A stretch of 64,000 nucleotides of DNA from contig CAVXTH010000006.1 in assembly GCA_963764625.1 (NCBI GenBank), positions 480,001 to 544,000 of the forward strand. The letters run 5' to 3'. The position numbers and the translations under genes are program-made. This DNA comes from Candidatus Krumholzibacteriota bacterium (GTDB taxonomy: Bacteria; Krumholzibacteriota; Krumholzibacteriia; JAJRXK01). This document shows, piece after piece, positions 1 through 9,072 of the stretch (its first letter is position 1; the number at the start of each line of letters is the position of its first letter). Under the pieces are notes generated by a model that saw only the letters and a program-made list of their open reading frames with translations, was not told where the DNA came from and searched no databases.

Positions 1-1
1 C

Positions 2-220
2 GACAACTGGCCTTCGGACGACTCCAAGAAACCGGGGATGTACTACCTGATGGGACAGGTCCTGGAGAAGAAGGGCGACTACCTCTCGGCCATCGGCAGT
101 TTCAGCAATATCCTGGATGATCCCCAGTGGGGTGATCGGGCCGCGGCACAGGTCGATCGTCAACGCCAGCTCATCGCGATCCAGAAGGCCCGGGAGGAGC
201 AGAAGAAGCAGGGCGGTTGA
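2..220 (+). CDS. 3' end of a TPR-repeat protein (runs off the left edge)
   Basis: Frame is open from base 2 to TGA at 220. YYLMGQVLEKKGDYLSAIGSF is a TPR-like helix pair. Confidence 0.6.
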   Translation, partial: DNWPSDDSKKPGMYYLMGQVLEKKGDYLSAIGSFSNILDDPQWGDRAAAQVDRQRQLIAIQKAREEQKKQGG

Positions 221-223
221 GAC

Positions 224-1363
224 TCAGCTATTCCTCTGCTGGGGAGGGGGAGCGATCCAGTCTTTCGTCTTCATGAGCTCGGTCATGAAGGCCTTGTCCT
301 CTGGCCGGGGTTGAGTATCCAGCAGATGCTGCCGGTACTCGTTCTCGGCCAAACGGACGCCATCCACGCTCCAGCATTCCCCACCGTGATCTCCGATCCG
401 CCGGCAGTACTTGAGGTCGGGAAGGGTGAAGTCGTCCCATTCGGCCGGCTTCACTTTGTTGAGAGTGTCGACGACCTGCCGCACTTCCGCGAGATACTTG
501 GACCGCGCGTTTTCGTTCAGGTTCTCCTTGTCGAGGTTCTCCTTCTCGCGGGTCTTCCGCTCGTCGTAGCGCCCCTTGATGCCCCACACGTAGCCCCACT
601 GCGCGCTCGAACTGTGATCGGTTCCGAAGAGATCGTAGGCGGTCGAAAGCCATTTGTTCAGGTAGCGCTGAATGATGTGCTGGGGCACGACGCCTGCCTG
701 AACCACGCGGCGCAGGCCGGCATTTCCCGTCCCCAAGTGGAACGCCTCTTCCTTCAGCATGGGACCCATGCTGCGCGCGAGAGGGGAGAAGGAGGAAGTC
801 GAGAGCATGTTGAGCTGGAACTTGCCGTCCCGGTCCACGAAATTCGTGTAGACGAAGAAGTCGAGCCAGTTGTCGACATCTTCGTTGAAGGATCCCAACA
901 GGCGCTCACGTTTCCAGGCCCTGCGTTCGAGCAGCTTGACCGCTTCCCGCTTTCCCTGTTCACCGAAGTGACTCACGAGAACGTGGCACATCTGCCACCC
1001 GTGACGCATCTCCTCAGCGTTGATGCGCACCAGACTGGAGAGGTCGTAATCGCTGGGCGCGGTGTCCACCAGGTTCTTCTGCTGTTCGACCGAAGCGAAC
1101 TCGGTGTCCCCCTGGTAGACGATCAGGGTGAGCAGGGCATCGCGAATTCGCTGGTCGGGGATCTCGATCAGGCGCTCCCAACGGGGCCGGCCGGCGAAGT
1201 CTCCGTACTCGATCTCGGTCGTGGGCAGATCTCCGTACTTGGCCGAGAAGTCGAATTCGTGGAGCTTCATGAGGGACTCGTCGTAGCCGATGTCCTTGCG
1301 CCACTGGTGGAAGAGATCGGTCCATTCGTCGAAGGTGGAGACGGTCTGGGCGTGGAGAACCAT
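224..1363 (-). CDS. BoxB/PaaA-family ferritin-like diiron aryl-CoA epoxidase subunit (short BoxB-like form, ~379 aa)
   Basis: BoxB-type motifs QGDTEFASVEQQ, EEMRH, DRDGKFQL and EEAFH (two ExxH iron ligand motifs). Likely start is ATG at 1363. Confidence 0.8.
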   Translation of the reverse strand: MVLHAQTVSTFDEWTDLFHQWRKDIGYDESLMKLHEFDFSAKYGDLPTTEIEYGDFAGRPRWERLIEIPDQRIRDALLTLIVYQGDTEFASVEQQKNLVDTAPSDYDLSSLVRINAEEMRHGWQMCHVLVSHFGEQGKREAVKLLERRAWKRERLLGSFNEDVDNWLDFFVYTNFVDRDGKFQLNMLSTSSFSPLARSMGPMLKEEAFHLGTGNAGLRRVVQAGVVPQHIIQRYLNKWLSTAYDLFGTDHSSSAQWGYVWGIKGRYDERKTREKENLDKENLNENARSKYLAEVRQVVDTLNKVKPAEWDDFTLPDLKYCRRIGDHGGECWSVDGVRLAENEYRQHLLDTQPRPEDKAFMTELMKTKDWIAPPPQQRNS

Positions 1364-1479
1364 GCGGGGGTCCTTTGGGCTAAGGAGAGCGGCAGAATCC
1401 AAAACCGAACGATTGTTCGAATTTTTCTCAGGATAGCGCCGACCGGGCCCAGCGGCAAGTCGGAGGGGCATGCTGCGAC

Positions 1480-1508
1480 TTGGAAAACTGCGGCCTGATT
1501 GTTAGGGT
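1480..1508 (+). promoter_or_regulatory. Candidate sigma70 promoter for the folK-pan operon
   Basis: TTGGAA-N17-TAGGGT with a TG just upstream of the -10, in the divergent intergenic region. Confidence 0.45.
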
Positions 1509-1568
1509 ATGGCCCGTGATGAGCCGAGTTGGACCCCCACCGGGGCTGGGTGGCCCGGAAAGAGATCG

Positions 1569-2087
1569 ATGAGTCTGGCGTACTTGGCCTTGGGGAGCAA
1601 CCTGGGATCCCGGCGGCTTGCACTCGCGCGGGCCATCGAGGGCTTGCGACGCCTTCCGGGGACTCGGATTTGCGGCATCAGTCGCCTCTACGAGACAAGC
1701 TACCAGGGCGCCGGGCAACAACGCCCCTACCTCAACGCCTGTCTCGTCTTGGAGACTTCGCTCTCTCCGGGTAGCCTCCTGGAGGCCGGGCAGGAGATGG
1801 AGCGCCTGGCTGGTCGTCAGCTCGACGGACACATGAAGCCGCGCCCGCTGGACGTCGACCTTCTTCTGGTCGACGACCTGCGCCTGAACGGGGCTCGGCT
1901 TTCCCTTCCTCATCCACGCATGCACGAGCGACGCTTCGTCTTGCAACCCCTGGCGGATCTGGCCCCGGACCTCCGCCTCCCCGGGCACGAGCTGCCCGTG
2001 CGCCGGCTACTCGAGGAACCGAGCGTGCGCCGGCAGGGACTGCAGGAAGCCGCGCGGGGACGGTGGTGGGAGGTGAAGGAAGAGTGA
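1569..2087 (+). CDS. folK: 2-amino-4-hydroxy-6-hydroxymethyldihydropteridine diphosphokinase
   Basis: AYLALGSNLG, SRLYET, YLNA, PRPLDVDLL, LPHPRMHERRFVLQPLADL. Confidence 0.95.
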   Translation: MSLAYLALGSNLGSRRLALARAIEGLRRLPGTRICGISRLYETSYQGAGQQRPYLNACLVLETSLSPGSLLEAGQEMERLAGRQLDGHMKPRPLDVDLLLVDDLRLNGARLSLPHPRMHERRFVLQPLADLAPDLRLPGHELPVRRLLEEPSVRRQGLQEAARGRWWEVKEE

Positions 2088-2740
2088 CCATCCAGGAGTC
2101 TCCTTGGCGCTACATCGTGGTCGAAGGAGTCATCGGGGCAGGCAAGACCAGCCTGTGCCGTCTGCTCTCGGAGAGTTTGGGCGCGGGCCTCACCCTGGAG
2201 GTGGTGGAGGAGAATCCCTTCCTGCCCAAGTTCTATCAGGATCGAGCGGCCTACGCCTTCGTCACCCAGAACTTCTTTTTGCTCAGCCGCTACCAGCAAC
2301 AGATGAAGCTGGTGCAGATGGACCTCTTCGAGAGTAGTCTTGTCGCGGACTATCTCTTTGCCAAGGATCGCATCTTTGCTAACATCAACCTCAGCGACGA
2401 CGAGCTGCGCCTGTACGAGCGTTTGGCGTCCATCTTGGAGGAGCGGGTCCGGCGACCCGACCTGGTGGTTTACCTGCAGGCCAGCACCGAGGTCCTCATG
2501 ACGCGCATCCGCTGGCGCGGCCGCAGTTACGAGCGAGACATGGATGTCGACTACATCCAGACCCTCAACGAGGCCTACAATTACTTCTTCTTCCACTACG
2601 ATGAGACGCCCCTGCTCATCGTGAACACGAACGAACTCGACTTCGTGAAGAACCGCGACCACTATGGGGATCTGCTGCACCGGATTCTCCAACCCTTCAC
2701 CGGAACGCAATACTACGTTCCCTCGTGGAAAGAGGAATGA
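2084..2740 (+). CDS. Deoxynucleoside kinase (dNK family)
   Basis: IVVEGVIGAGKTS P-loop, NPFLPKFY, PDLVVYLQAS, RGRSYE. GTG start overlaps the folK stop. Confidence 0.92.
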   Translation: MTIQESPWRYIVVEGVIGAGKTSLCRLLSESLGAGLTLEVVEENPFLPKFYQDRAAYAFVTQNFFLLSRYQQQMKLVQMDLFESSLVADYLFAKDRIFANINLSDDELRLYERLASILEERVRRPDLVVYLQASTEVLMTRIRWRGRSYERDMDVDYIQTLNEAYNYFFFHYDETPLLIVNTNELDFVKNRDHYGDLLHRILQPFTGTQYYVPSWKEE

Positions 2741-3576
2741 TGACCAAGACCACGCGTCTGGATCTCCTCCGTTCCAAGAAAGACCATCGTAAGATCGCAG
2801 TCGTCACCGCCTACGACTATTCCACCGCGCGGTTGGTGGACATGGCCGAGGTGGACGTGATCCTGGTGGGAGATAGTCTGGGGAACGTCATCCAGGGGCA
2901 CGAGAGCACTCTGCCGGTGACCCTGGAGCACATGATCTATCACGTCAGCTGCGTGAGCCGCGCGCGTCCGCGCGCCATGATCGTGGGCGATCTTCCCTTC
3001 GGGACCTTTCAGCGCGGACCCCAAGTGACTCTGGACGCCTCCATCCGTTTGATGCAGGAAGCCGGAGCCGAGGCGGTGAAGATCGAGGGAGCGGGGGCCA
3101 GGCTCAGCTCGATCGAAGCGGTGGCGGGCCAGGACATTCCGGTCTGGGCCCATCTGGGGCTGACCCCTCAATCGGTGCACCAGTTCGGCGGTCATCGCGT
3201 GCAGGGAAAGGAAGCCGACTCGGCGCGGTCCATCCTGGAGCAAGCCCGCCGGGTGGAATCGGCTGGTGCGTGTGCGCTCGTGCTCGAGTGCATTCCCTAC
3301 GAGCTGGCCGGAGAGATCACCCGGGCCCTGAAGATTCCCACTATCGGCATTGGAGCCGGCCCCGAATGTGACGGACAGGTTCTGGTCTTTCACGACCTGC
3401 TGGGCTTCGACCAGAGTTTCGTGCCCCGTTTCGTGAAGCAGTACGCGCAGATGGAAGAGCTGATTCCCCAAGCTCTCGCGCGATTCGTGAGTGAGGTCCG
3501 CGATGGAAGCTTTCCCACTCTCGAGCAGAGCTATGCTTCGGCGCAGGAGCTCGCGAAAAAAGCCAGGAGGCGTTGA
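2737..3576 (+). CDS. panB: 3-methyl-2-oxobutanoate hydroxymethyltransferase
   Basis: TAYDYSTA, ILVGDSLG, AVKIEG, HLGLTPQS, TIGIGAG, CDGQVLVFHDLLG. Confidence 0.97.
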   Translation: MMTKTTRLDLLRSKKDHRKIAVVTAYDYSTARLVDMAEVDVILVGDSLGNVIQGHESTLPVTLEHMIYHVSCVSRARPRAMIVGDLPFGTFQRGPQVTLDASIRLMQEAGAEAVKIEGAGARLSSIEAVAGQDIPVWAHLGLTPQSVHQFGGHRVQGKEADSARSILEQARRVESAGACALVLECIPYELAGEITRALKIPTIGIGAGPECDGQVLVFHDLLGFDQSFVPRFVKQYAQMEELIPQALARFVSEVRDGSFPTLEQSYASAQELAKKARRR

Positions 3577-4523
3577 GCTTGCCGGCCCCGCAGCTCATTC
3601 GATCTGAGGCGCAGATCGATGAGATCCTTGCGCTGGCGCGCCAGGACGCAACGCCCTTGGTCTTCGTTCCCACCATGGGCGATTTGCACGAGGGTCATTT
3701 GACCCTCGTGCGCCTGGGCGCGAAACTGGGCTCGGTCGTGGTGAGTATCTTCGTGAACCCCACCCAATTCGGCCCTCACGAAGATTTCGAGAGCTATCCG
3801 CGTGACCTCCAGCGTGATCTGGATCTCCTGCAAGAGGTGGGTGGAGTCAGCGCGGTCTACGCACCCGCGGTGGAGGAGATCTACCGGCCGGGCGACTCCA
3901 CTTGCGTGGAGGTGACGGGACTGGGTGAGATTCTGGAAGGTGAGTATCGACCCGGGCATCTCCGCGGCGTCACCACCGTGTTGGCCAAGCTCTTCTTGTC
4001 GCTGAATCCCCAAATCGCGGTCTTCGGCCAGAAGGATGCGCAACAGTGCCTGGTGGTGAAGCGAATGGTCGAAGATCTGCGGCTTCCCCTACGGCTTCTC
4101 TTCGTGCCGACGGTGCGCGAAGACGATGGGCTCGCCTTGAGTTCACGGAATCGGTATCTCTCCAGCGAAGAGAGAACCCAAGCCCTCGCGTTGAGTCGCG
4201 CGCTTCGACTGGGCCAGCAACTCCTGCGCGATGGTGAGCGGAATCCGGGAATGATCGAGTCGGCCATGTCCACCTCGATGGAGGAGGAGCGGGTTCGAGT
4301 GGATTACGCGGTGATGCGCGCGGTCGAGGATCTGAGCGTGGTGCGCGAGGCGGAGGGGCACCTCCTGCTCGCGGTGGCGGCGAAAGTGGGCAAGGCTCGG
4401 CTTATCGACAACCTCTGCCTCAGAGTCTCTCCGAGCGGGGTGGAGGAAGCCTCTCTGGACGAAGAGGCGACTCTCGAGGCTCTCCTGGCCAAGCAGGGCG
4501 ATGCGAGGGGTGGAGTCAAGTGA
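3573..4523 (+). CDS. panC: Pantoate--beta-alanine ligase
   Basis: VPTMGDLHEGH, SIFVNPTQF, FGQKDAQQ, GLALSSRNRYL, RLIDN. Confidence 0.96.
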   Translation: MSLPAPQLIRSEAQIDEILALARQDATPLVFVPTMGDLHEGHLTLVRLGAKLGSVVVSIFVNPTQFGPHEDFESYPRDLQRDLDLLQEVGGVSAVYAPAVEEIYRPGDSTCVEVTGLGEILEGEYRPGHLRGVTTVLAKLFLSLNPQIAVFGQKDAQQCLVVKRMVEDLRLPLRLLFVPTVREDDGLALSSRNRYLSSEERTQALALSRALRLGQQLLRDGERNPGMIESAMSTSMEEERVRVDYAVMRAVEDLSVVREAEGHLLLAVAAKVGKARLIDNLCLRVSPSGVEEASLDEEATLEALLAKQGDARGGVK

Positions 4524-5262
4524 ACGAGATCTTCGTGGTGGTCTTAGCTGCAGGCAAGGGCACTCGGATGAAGAGCGAGAAAGCGAAAGTCCTGCACGAG
4601 GTGGCGGGAAAGCCCATGCTCAGCCACGTGCTGTCCACTCTGCAGCGGTTGGGCGCGGACCAGACGGTGGTGGTGGTCGGACATCAGGCGGACGCGGTTT
4701 CCGAAGTCTGCCGTGGCTTCGCGGTCGAGACGGTACTCCAGGCCGAGCAGTTGGGAACCGGTCACGCAGTGGAGCAGACCCGGGGACTTCTGGAAGGACG
4801 CGAGGGTCTCACTCTCATTCTGAGCGGCGACGTGCCTTTGCTGCGGGCCGAGACTCTGCTCACGCTCCGGGAAGCCGTCGCGAAAGGAACGCGGCCGCCA
4901 GCGTTCTTACCGCGGTCACCGCCGATGCTAGCGGATACGGGCGCATTCTGCGGGGTGACTCCAAGGAGATCGTCGGCATCGTGGAAGAGAAGGACGCCAG
5001 CGAGAGTCAGCGCAGCATCAGAGAGTACAATACGGGTACCTACTGCTTCCAAAACGCACTACTATGGCCGCTCATGCGACAGTTGAATACGGACAACGCG
5101 CAGGGCGAATTCTATCTCACCGATCTCGTTGCGCTTCTGGTGCGAGGCGGAGAGAGAGTGGAAGGCGTCGTGTGCGAAGACGAACGTGAAGTGCAGGGAG
5201 TGAATACGATCGAGGACTTGGCGCGAGCGCAGCGCGACTGGGAGGTACTTCACCGTGGATAG
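4520..5262 (+). CDS. GlmU-like NTP transferase (uridyltransferase domain only); -1 frameshift near 4876
   Basis: LAAGKGTRMKS...KVLH, QLGTGHAV and LSGDVPLL lie in ORF 4520. The protein continues in the ORF 4501 frame with GYGRI, IVEEKDA, EYNTGTYCF, NAQGEFYLTD and GVNT. No hexapeptide acetyltransferase domain follows. Confidence 0.85.
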
Positions 5263-5743
5263 ACTCTTCACCCCGTGGCGCCGGTCCTACGTGACCTCGC
5301 TCAACAAGCCTTCGTCCTGCGTCTTGTGCGAAGTTGCGAAGAGCGACGACCAGAGCTCTCGCATTCTCCTGCGCCGGGGCGGCTGGTACGTGGTAATGAA
5401 CAAGTATCCTTACACGACCGGACACATGATGCTGGTGGCCGAACGTCATCTGGGAAGCCTCGAGGAGCTGAGCGAGAGCGAGAGCAAGAGCCAACCCGAG
5501 CTCCTGGCCCAGTGTGAGCACGCCTTGCGCGAGGCCTACCATCCCCACGGTCTGAACATCGGGCTCAATCTGGGTCGCGCCGCGGGCGCTGGCGTGAAAG
5601 GCCATCTGCACTGGCATGTTCTGCCGCGCTGGGAAGGGGACTCGAACTTCATCTCGGTGGTGGGGGATACCCGCGTGCTGCCCGAGACCCTGGACGAGAG
5701 CTACGCTCGACTTTTGCCCTACTTTCGACAGAAGGAATCGTGA
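5255..5743 (+). CDS. HIT family hydrolase (Ap4A phosphorylase/FHIT-like)
   Basis: LFTPWR, CVLC, NKYPYTTGH, GLNIGLNLGRAAGAG, HLHWHVLPRW. Confidence 0.92.
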   Translation: MDRLFTPWRRSYVTSLNKPSSCVLCEVAKSDDQSSRILLRRGGWYVVMNKYPYTTGHMMLVAERHLGSLEELSESESKSQPELLAQCEHALREAYHPHGLNIGLNLGRAAGAGVKGHLHWHVLPRWEGDSNFISVVGDTRVLPETLDESYARLLPYFRQKES

Positions 5744-6135
5744 GCCGCACCTCGATCATCCTCATCGGGCTGCTGCTGCTCTGTCTGGTCTCGGCCGTCC
5801 TCGCGCGCTTCGGCCGCCACCACGAAGAACCCCTGGCGCGGCTCACCATCGAGGTACTCAACGGCTGTGGAGAGGAAGGAGCCGCGGCGGCGACGGCGAA
5901 GAAGCTCAGGAGTCTGGGGCAGGACGTGGTCAAGGTGGCCGACCTCGGCCGCAAAGATTACGATCACAGCCTCCTGGTGGATCGGAAAGGCCGCCCCTGG
6001 CTGACCCGGCGCCTGGCTTCACGCCTTGGGGGTCTTTTGGTGGTCCTCGAAAGGCGGTCGGACGCGGAGGTGGACTTGACCTTCATCGTGGGGAAGGACT
6101 ACGCCGCGGCGTGGAAGCAAAAGTCGGGTCTCTGA
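5740..6135 (+). CDS. Membrane-anchored LytR C-terminal domain protein
   Basis: N-terminal hydrophobic helix, IEVLNGCG..GAA, and C-terminal DLTFIVGKDY. Confidence 0.8.
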   Translation: MSRTSIILIGLLLLCLVSAVLARFGRHHEEPLARLTIEVLNGCGEEGAAAATAKKLRSLGQDVVKVADLGRKDYDHSLLVDRKGRPWLTRRLASRLGGLLVVLERRSDAEVDLTFIVGKDYAAAWKQKSGL

Positions 6136-6145
6136 CGGGGCCGCT

Positions 6146-6173
6146 TTGCCTCTGGCGGGGCTCGTGCTATGGT
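6146..6173 (+). promoter_or_regulatory. Candidate sigma70 promoter for DUF4321-tatA
   Basis: TTGCCT-N16-TATGGT with an extended -10 TG. Confidence 0.35.
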
Positions 6174-6203
6174 GCGGCGCGATGAGCGGATTGAGAAAGG
6201 CAG

Positions 6204-6479
6204 GTGGACAAACTGGAACGTCGGCGACTGGGAACGGTAACCCTGATCTTCTTCTTGGGGATTCTCGTGGGGAGTGTGTTCAGCCAAGCGGTGGGGTTGT
6301 TCCTTCCCGAGGGCTCGACCGCCCACCAGCTCTTCGTCCAGTATCTTTCGTTTGGATTCGGGCCGGCGCCCCTCAATCTCATTATCTTTGACGTGACACT
6401 GGGATTTCACATCCACGTGAATCTGCTGAGCGTCATCGGAATCTTCCTGGTGGCGCAGGTTCTTCGCTGGTATCGCTAG
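6204..6479 (+). CDS. Small membrane protein, DUF4321-like
   Basis: 91 aa with two hydrophobic segments and the pattern P.PLNL.IF..TLGF.IHVNLLSVIG. Confidence 0.7.
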   Translation: MDKLERRRLGTVTLIFFLGILVGSVFSQAVGLFLPEGSTAHQLFVQYLSFGFGPAPLNLIIFDVTLGFHIHVNLLSVIGIFLVAQVLRWYR

Positions 6480-6497
6480 CGGAGTTTAGGAGGGATC

Positions 6498-6722
6498 ATG
6501 GTCGATCTGAATCTGCCGATTGCTCTCATTCCCAGCTTCGGCTGGCAGGAGGGTTTGGTCATTCTTGCGGTCGTCCTCTTGGTCTTCGGTCCGTCGAAAC
6601 TCCCCGAGGTGGCGGAAGCCATGGGGAAGTCCATTCGCAAGTTCAAGAACGCCACGCGCGACGTGGAGGACTCGATCAAGGATGAAGTCAACCGCATCGA
6701 TGAGGGAGAGAAGAAAGACTAG
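6498..6722 (+). CDS. tatA: Twin-arginine translocase TatA/E subunit
   Basis: FGWQE.LVIL.VVLLVFGPSKLPEVAEAMGKSIRKFK. Strong RBS (AGGAGG) upstream. Confidence 0.92.
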   Translation: MVDLNLPIALIPSFGWQEGLVILAVVLLVFGPSKLPEVAEAMGKSIRKFKNATRDVEDSIKDEVNRIDEGEKKD

Positions 6723-6769
6723 AAGAGAGCATCGTCACCAAGAACCTCGCTAGAGCCTAGGGAGCAGCC

Positions 6770-9067
6770 TTGAATCTGCATCAGCTCCTTGCTCGCTTGC
6801 AGAGCGACGCAGAGTTTAACCGTAATGTCACCCTTTGGCACACGCTGCCGGCCGAGTCAGCGAAGTACGTCCCCTTTCCGGAAGATCTCGATCCGCGGTT
6901 GAAGGACGCGTTGATCGCGAAGGGGATCGGCGCCCTCTACACCCACCAGGCCAAGGCCTACGAAATGGTGCGCGCGGGGCGGCACACGGTCGTGGTGACG
7001 CCGACGGCCAGTGGAAAGACCCTCTGCTACAATTTGCCCGTGCTTCAGGCCTGTCTAGAGGATGGGGAGGCGCGAGCTCTCTATCTCTTTCCCACCAAGG
7101 CACTCAGCCAGGACCAGATGCAAGGGCTCCATGGCTTGATCGAAGCCATGGGGGTGGACATCAAGACCTACACCTTCGACGGGGACACTCCCGCTTCGGC
7201 GCGGCGCACCATTCGCAGCAGCGGACACATCGTAGTCACCAATCCCGACATGCTGCACCAGGGGATCCTCCCGCATCATACCGCCTGGATCAAACTCTTC
7301 GAGAACCTGCGCTACGTCGTGATCGACGAGGTCCATCAATACCGTGGAGTCTTCGGCAGCCACCTCGCCAACGTCATTCGAAGACTGCGCCGCATTTGCC
7401 GTTTCTATGGCAGCGATCCGGTGTTTCTGTGTTCCAGCGCCACGGTGGCGAACCCGGTGGAGCATGCGGGACACCTGCTGTCCGAAGAGGTGGAGCTGGT
7501 CGACGAAAATGGCGCGCCGCGCGGCGAGAAACACTTGATCTTCTACAACCCCGCGGTCGTCAATGCGGAACTGGGGATCCGCCGGAGCGTCATAAAGGAG
7601 GCGGCGAGACTGTCCGAGCCGTTTCTGTCGACCGGGGTGCAGGTCATTCTCTTCGGTCGAAGCCGCCTGCGCGTGGAACTCTTGCTCACCTATCTCAAGA
7701 GGACTCTGAGCAAACTGCACAAGTCGCCTACCTTGGCGCGGGGGTACCGTGGCGGCTACCTGCCGAGCGAACGGCGCGCCATCGAACACGGGCTCCGAGA
7801 GGGAGACATACTGGCCGTCGCATCGACGAACGCTCTGGAGCTCGGCATCGACATTGGGCAGCTCGACGTCTGCATCATGGCCGGCTACGCGGGAACGGTG
7901 GCGTCAACCTGGCAGCAGGCCGGAAGGGCGGGACGCAGACGAGGAGTGAGCGTCGCGATCGTCGTGGCCTCGAGTAATCCGCTCGATCAGTACATCATCT
8001 CGCACCCGGATTTCTTTCTGGAGTCCAACCCCGAGACCGCCATCGTGGACCCCGACAACCTCGCGATCCTCCTGAGTCACTTGAAGTGCGCCGCGTTCGA
8101 ATTGCCTTTCACCAGGGACGAACGGTTCGGAGGGGTCTCGGCGACTTCGGAGATGTTGCAGTACCTACAGGAAAACGGCGTACTGAATTCCAGCGGCGAC
8201 AAGTGGCATTGGATTGCCGATACCTATCCGGCTGAAGATGTGAGCCTGCGCAGCGCGGCGGTGGAGAACGTGGTCATCGTGGACACCACCACCTCTCGTC
8301 GTGTGATCGGCGAGACCGATCTCTTCAGCGCGCAACTGCTGCTCCACGACGACGCCATCTACATCCACGAGGGCAGACAGCATCACGTCGATCATCTCGA
8401 TTGGGAGCGCAAAGAGGCCTACGTAACGCAGGTCGAGGTCGACTACTACACCGACGCGCAGCTCAAGACCGAGCTTCACGCCCTGGATCAGCTGGAGAGC
8501 GAGGACCTCGCTCTGGGAACGAAGGCCCACGGGGAAATCGGGTTGATCACCAAAGCCACCATGTTCAAGAAAATCAAGCTGGGCACGCACGAAAACGTCG
8601 GGGCCGGCAAGATTCAGCTGCCCGAGTTGGAGCATCACACCACGAGCTACTGGTGGCGTCTCGAGGAGACTCTCGCCGAACACATGCGCGACGATGGACT
8701 CGACCTGGGGGAGGGTCTCAAGGGTCTGGCCCACCTTCTTGGGAAGGTGGCGCCTCTGTACATCATGGCCGATCCGGCGGACGTCCGAGCGGTGCCCATG
8801 CTGAAATCTCCGCTCACCTCCAGCCCCACCCTGTTCATCTACGACGTGTACCCCGGAGGGGTGGGCTTCGCGCGCAAACTGTTTTCGCTGCACGACCTTC
8901 TCCTGAAAGCCGCGCTCGCGCGCCTCAAGGAGTGTCCGTGTCCCGACGGTTGTCCTTCGTGTGTCGGTTCGAGTCTGGAAACCGGGGGACGGGCGAAGAC
9001 CTCCGCGCTCTTCCTGCTCCGAGAGGGTGGCGTGAAGCGCTCGCGTCGGGCCGCGAGCAGCGCTTGA
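6770..9067 (+). CDS. DEAD/DEAH helicase with DUF1998 zinc domain (MrfA/YprA/SftH/Hrq1 family)
   Basis: TPTASGKT, FPTKALSQDQ, DEVH, SAT, TNALELGIDIG, QQAGRAGRR, C-terminal CPCPDGCPSC. Confidence 0.93.
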   Translation: MNLHQLLARLQSDAEFNRNVTLWHTLPAESAKYVPFPEDLDPRLKDALIAKGIGALYTHQAKAYEMVRAGRHTVVVTPTASGKTLCYNLPVLQACLEDGEARALYLFPTKALSQDQMQGLHGLIEAMGVDIKTYTFDGDTPASARRTIRSSGHIVVTNPDMLHQGILPHHTAWIKLFENLRYVVIDEVHQYRGVFGSHLANVIRRLRRICRFYGSDPVFLCSSATVANPVEHAGHLLSEEVELVDENGAPRGEKHLIFYNPAVVNAELGIRRSVIKEAARLSEPFLSTGVQVILFGRSRLRVELLLTYLKRTLSKLHKSPTLARGYRGGYLPSERRAIEHGLREGDILAVASTNALELGIDIGQLDVCIMAGYAGTVASTWQQAGRAGRRRGVSVAIVVASSNPLDQYIISHPDFFLESNPETAIVDPDNLAILLSHLKCAAFELPFTRDERFGGVSATSEMLQYLQENGVLNSSGDKWHWIADTYPAEDVSLRSAAVENVVIVDTTTSRRVIGETDLFSAQLLLHDDAIYIHEGRQHHVDHLDWERKEAYVTQVEVDYYTDAQLKTELHALDQLESEDLALGTKAHGEIGLITKATMFKKIKLGTHENVGAGKIQLPELEHHTTSYWWRLEETLAEHMRDDGLDLGEGLKGLAHLLGKVAPLYIMADPADVRAVPMLKSPLTSSPTLFIYDVYPGGVGFARKLFSLHDLLLKAALARLKECPCPDGCPSCVGSSLETGGRAKTSALFLLREGGVKRSRRAASSA

Positions 9068-9072
9068 GAGCG

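Noticed and set aside
6770-9067. DUF1998 helicase as an anti-phage defence island
   Set aside because: Housekeeping context, MrfB-like partner, and no methyltransferase, nuclease cluster or mobility genes.
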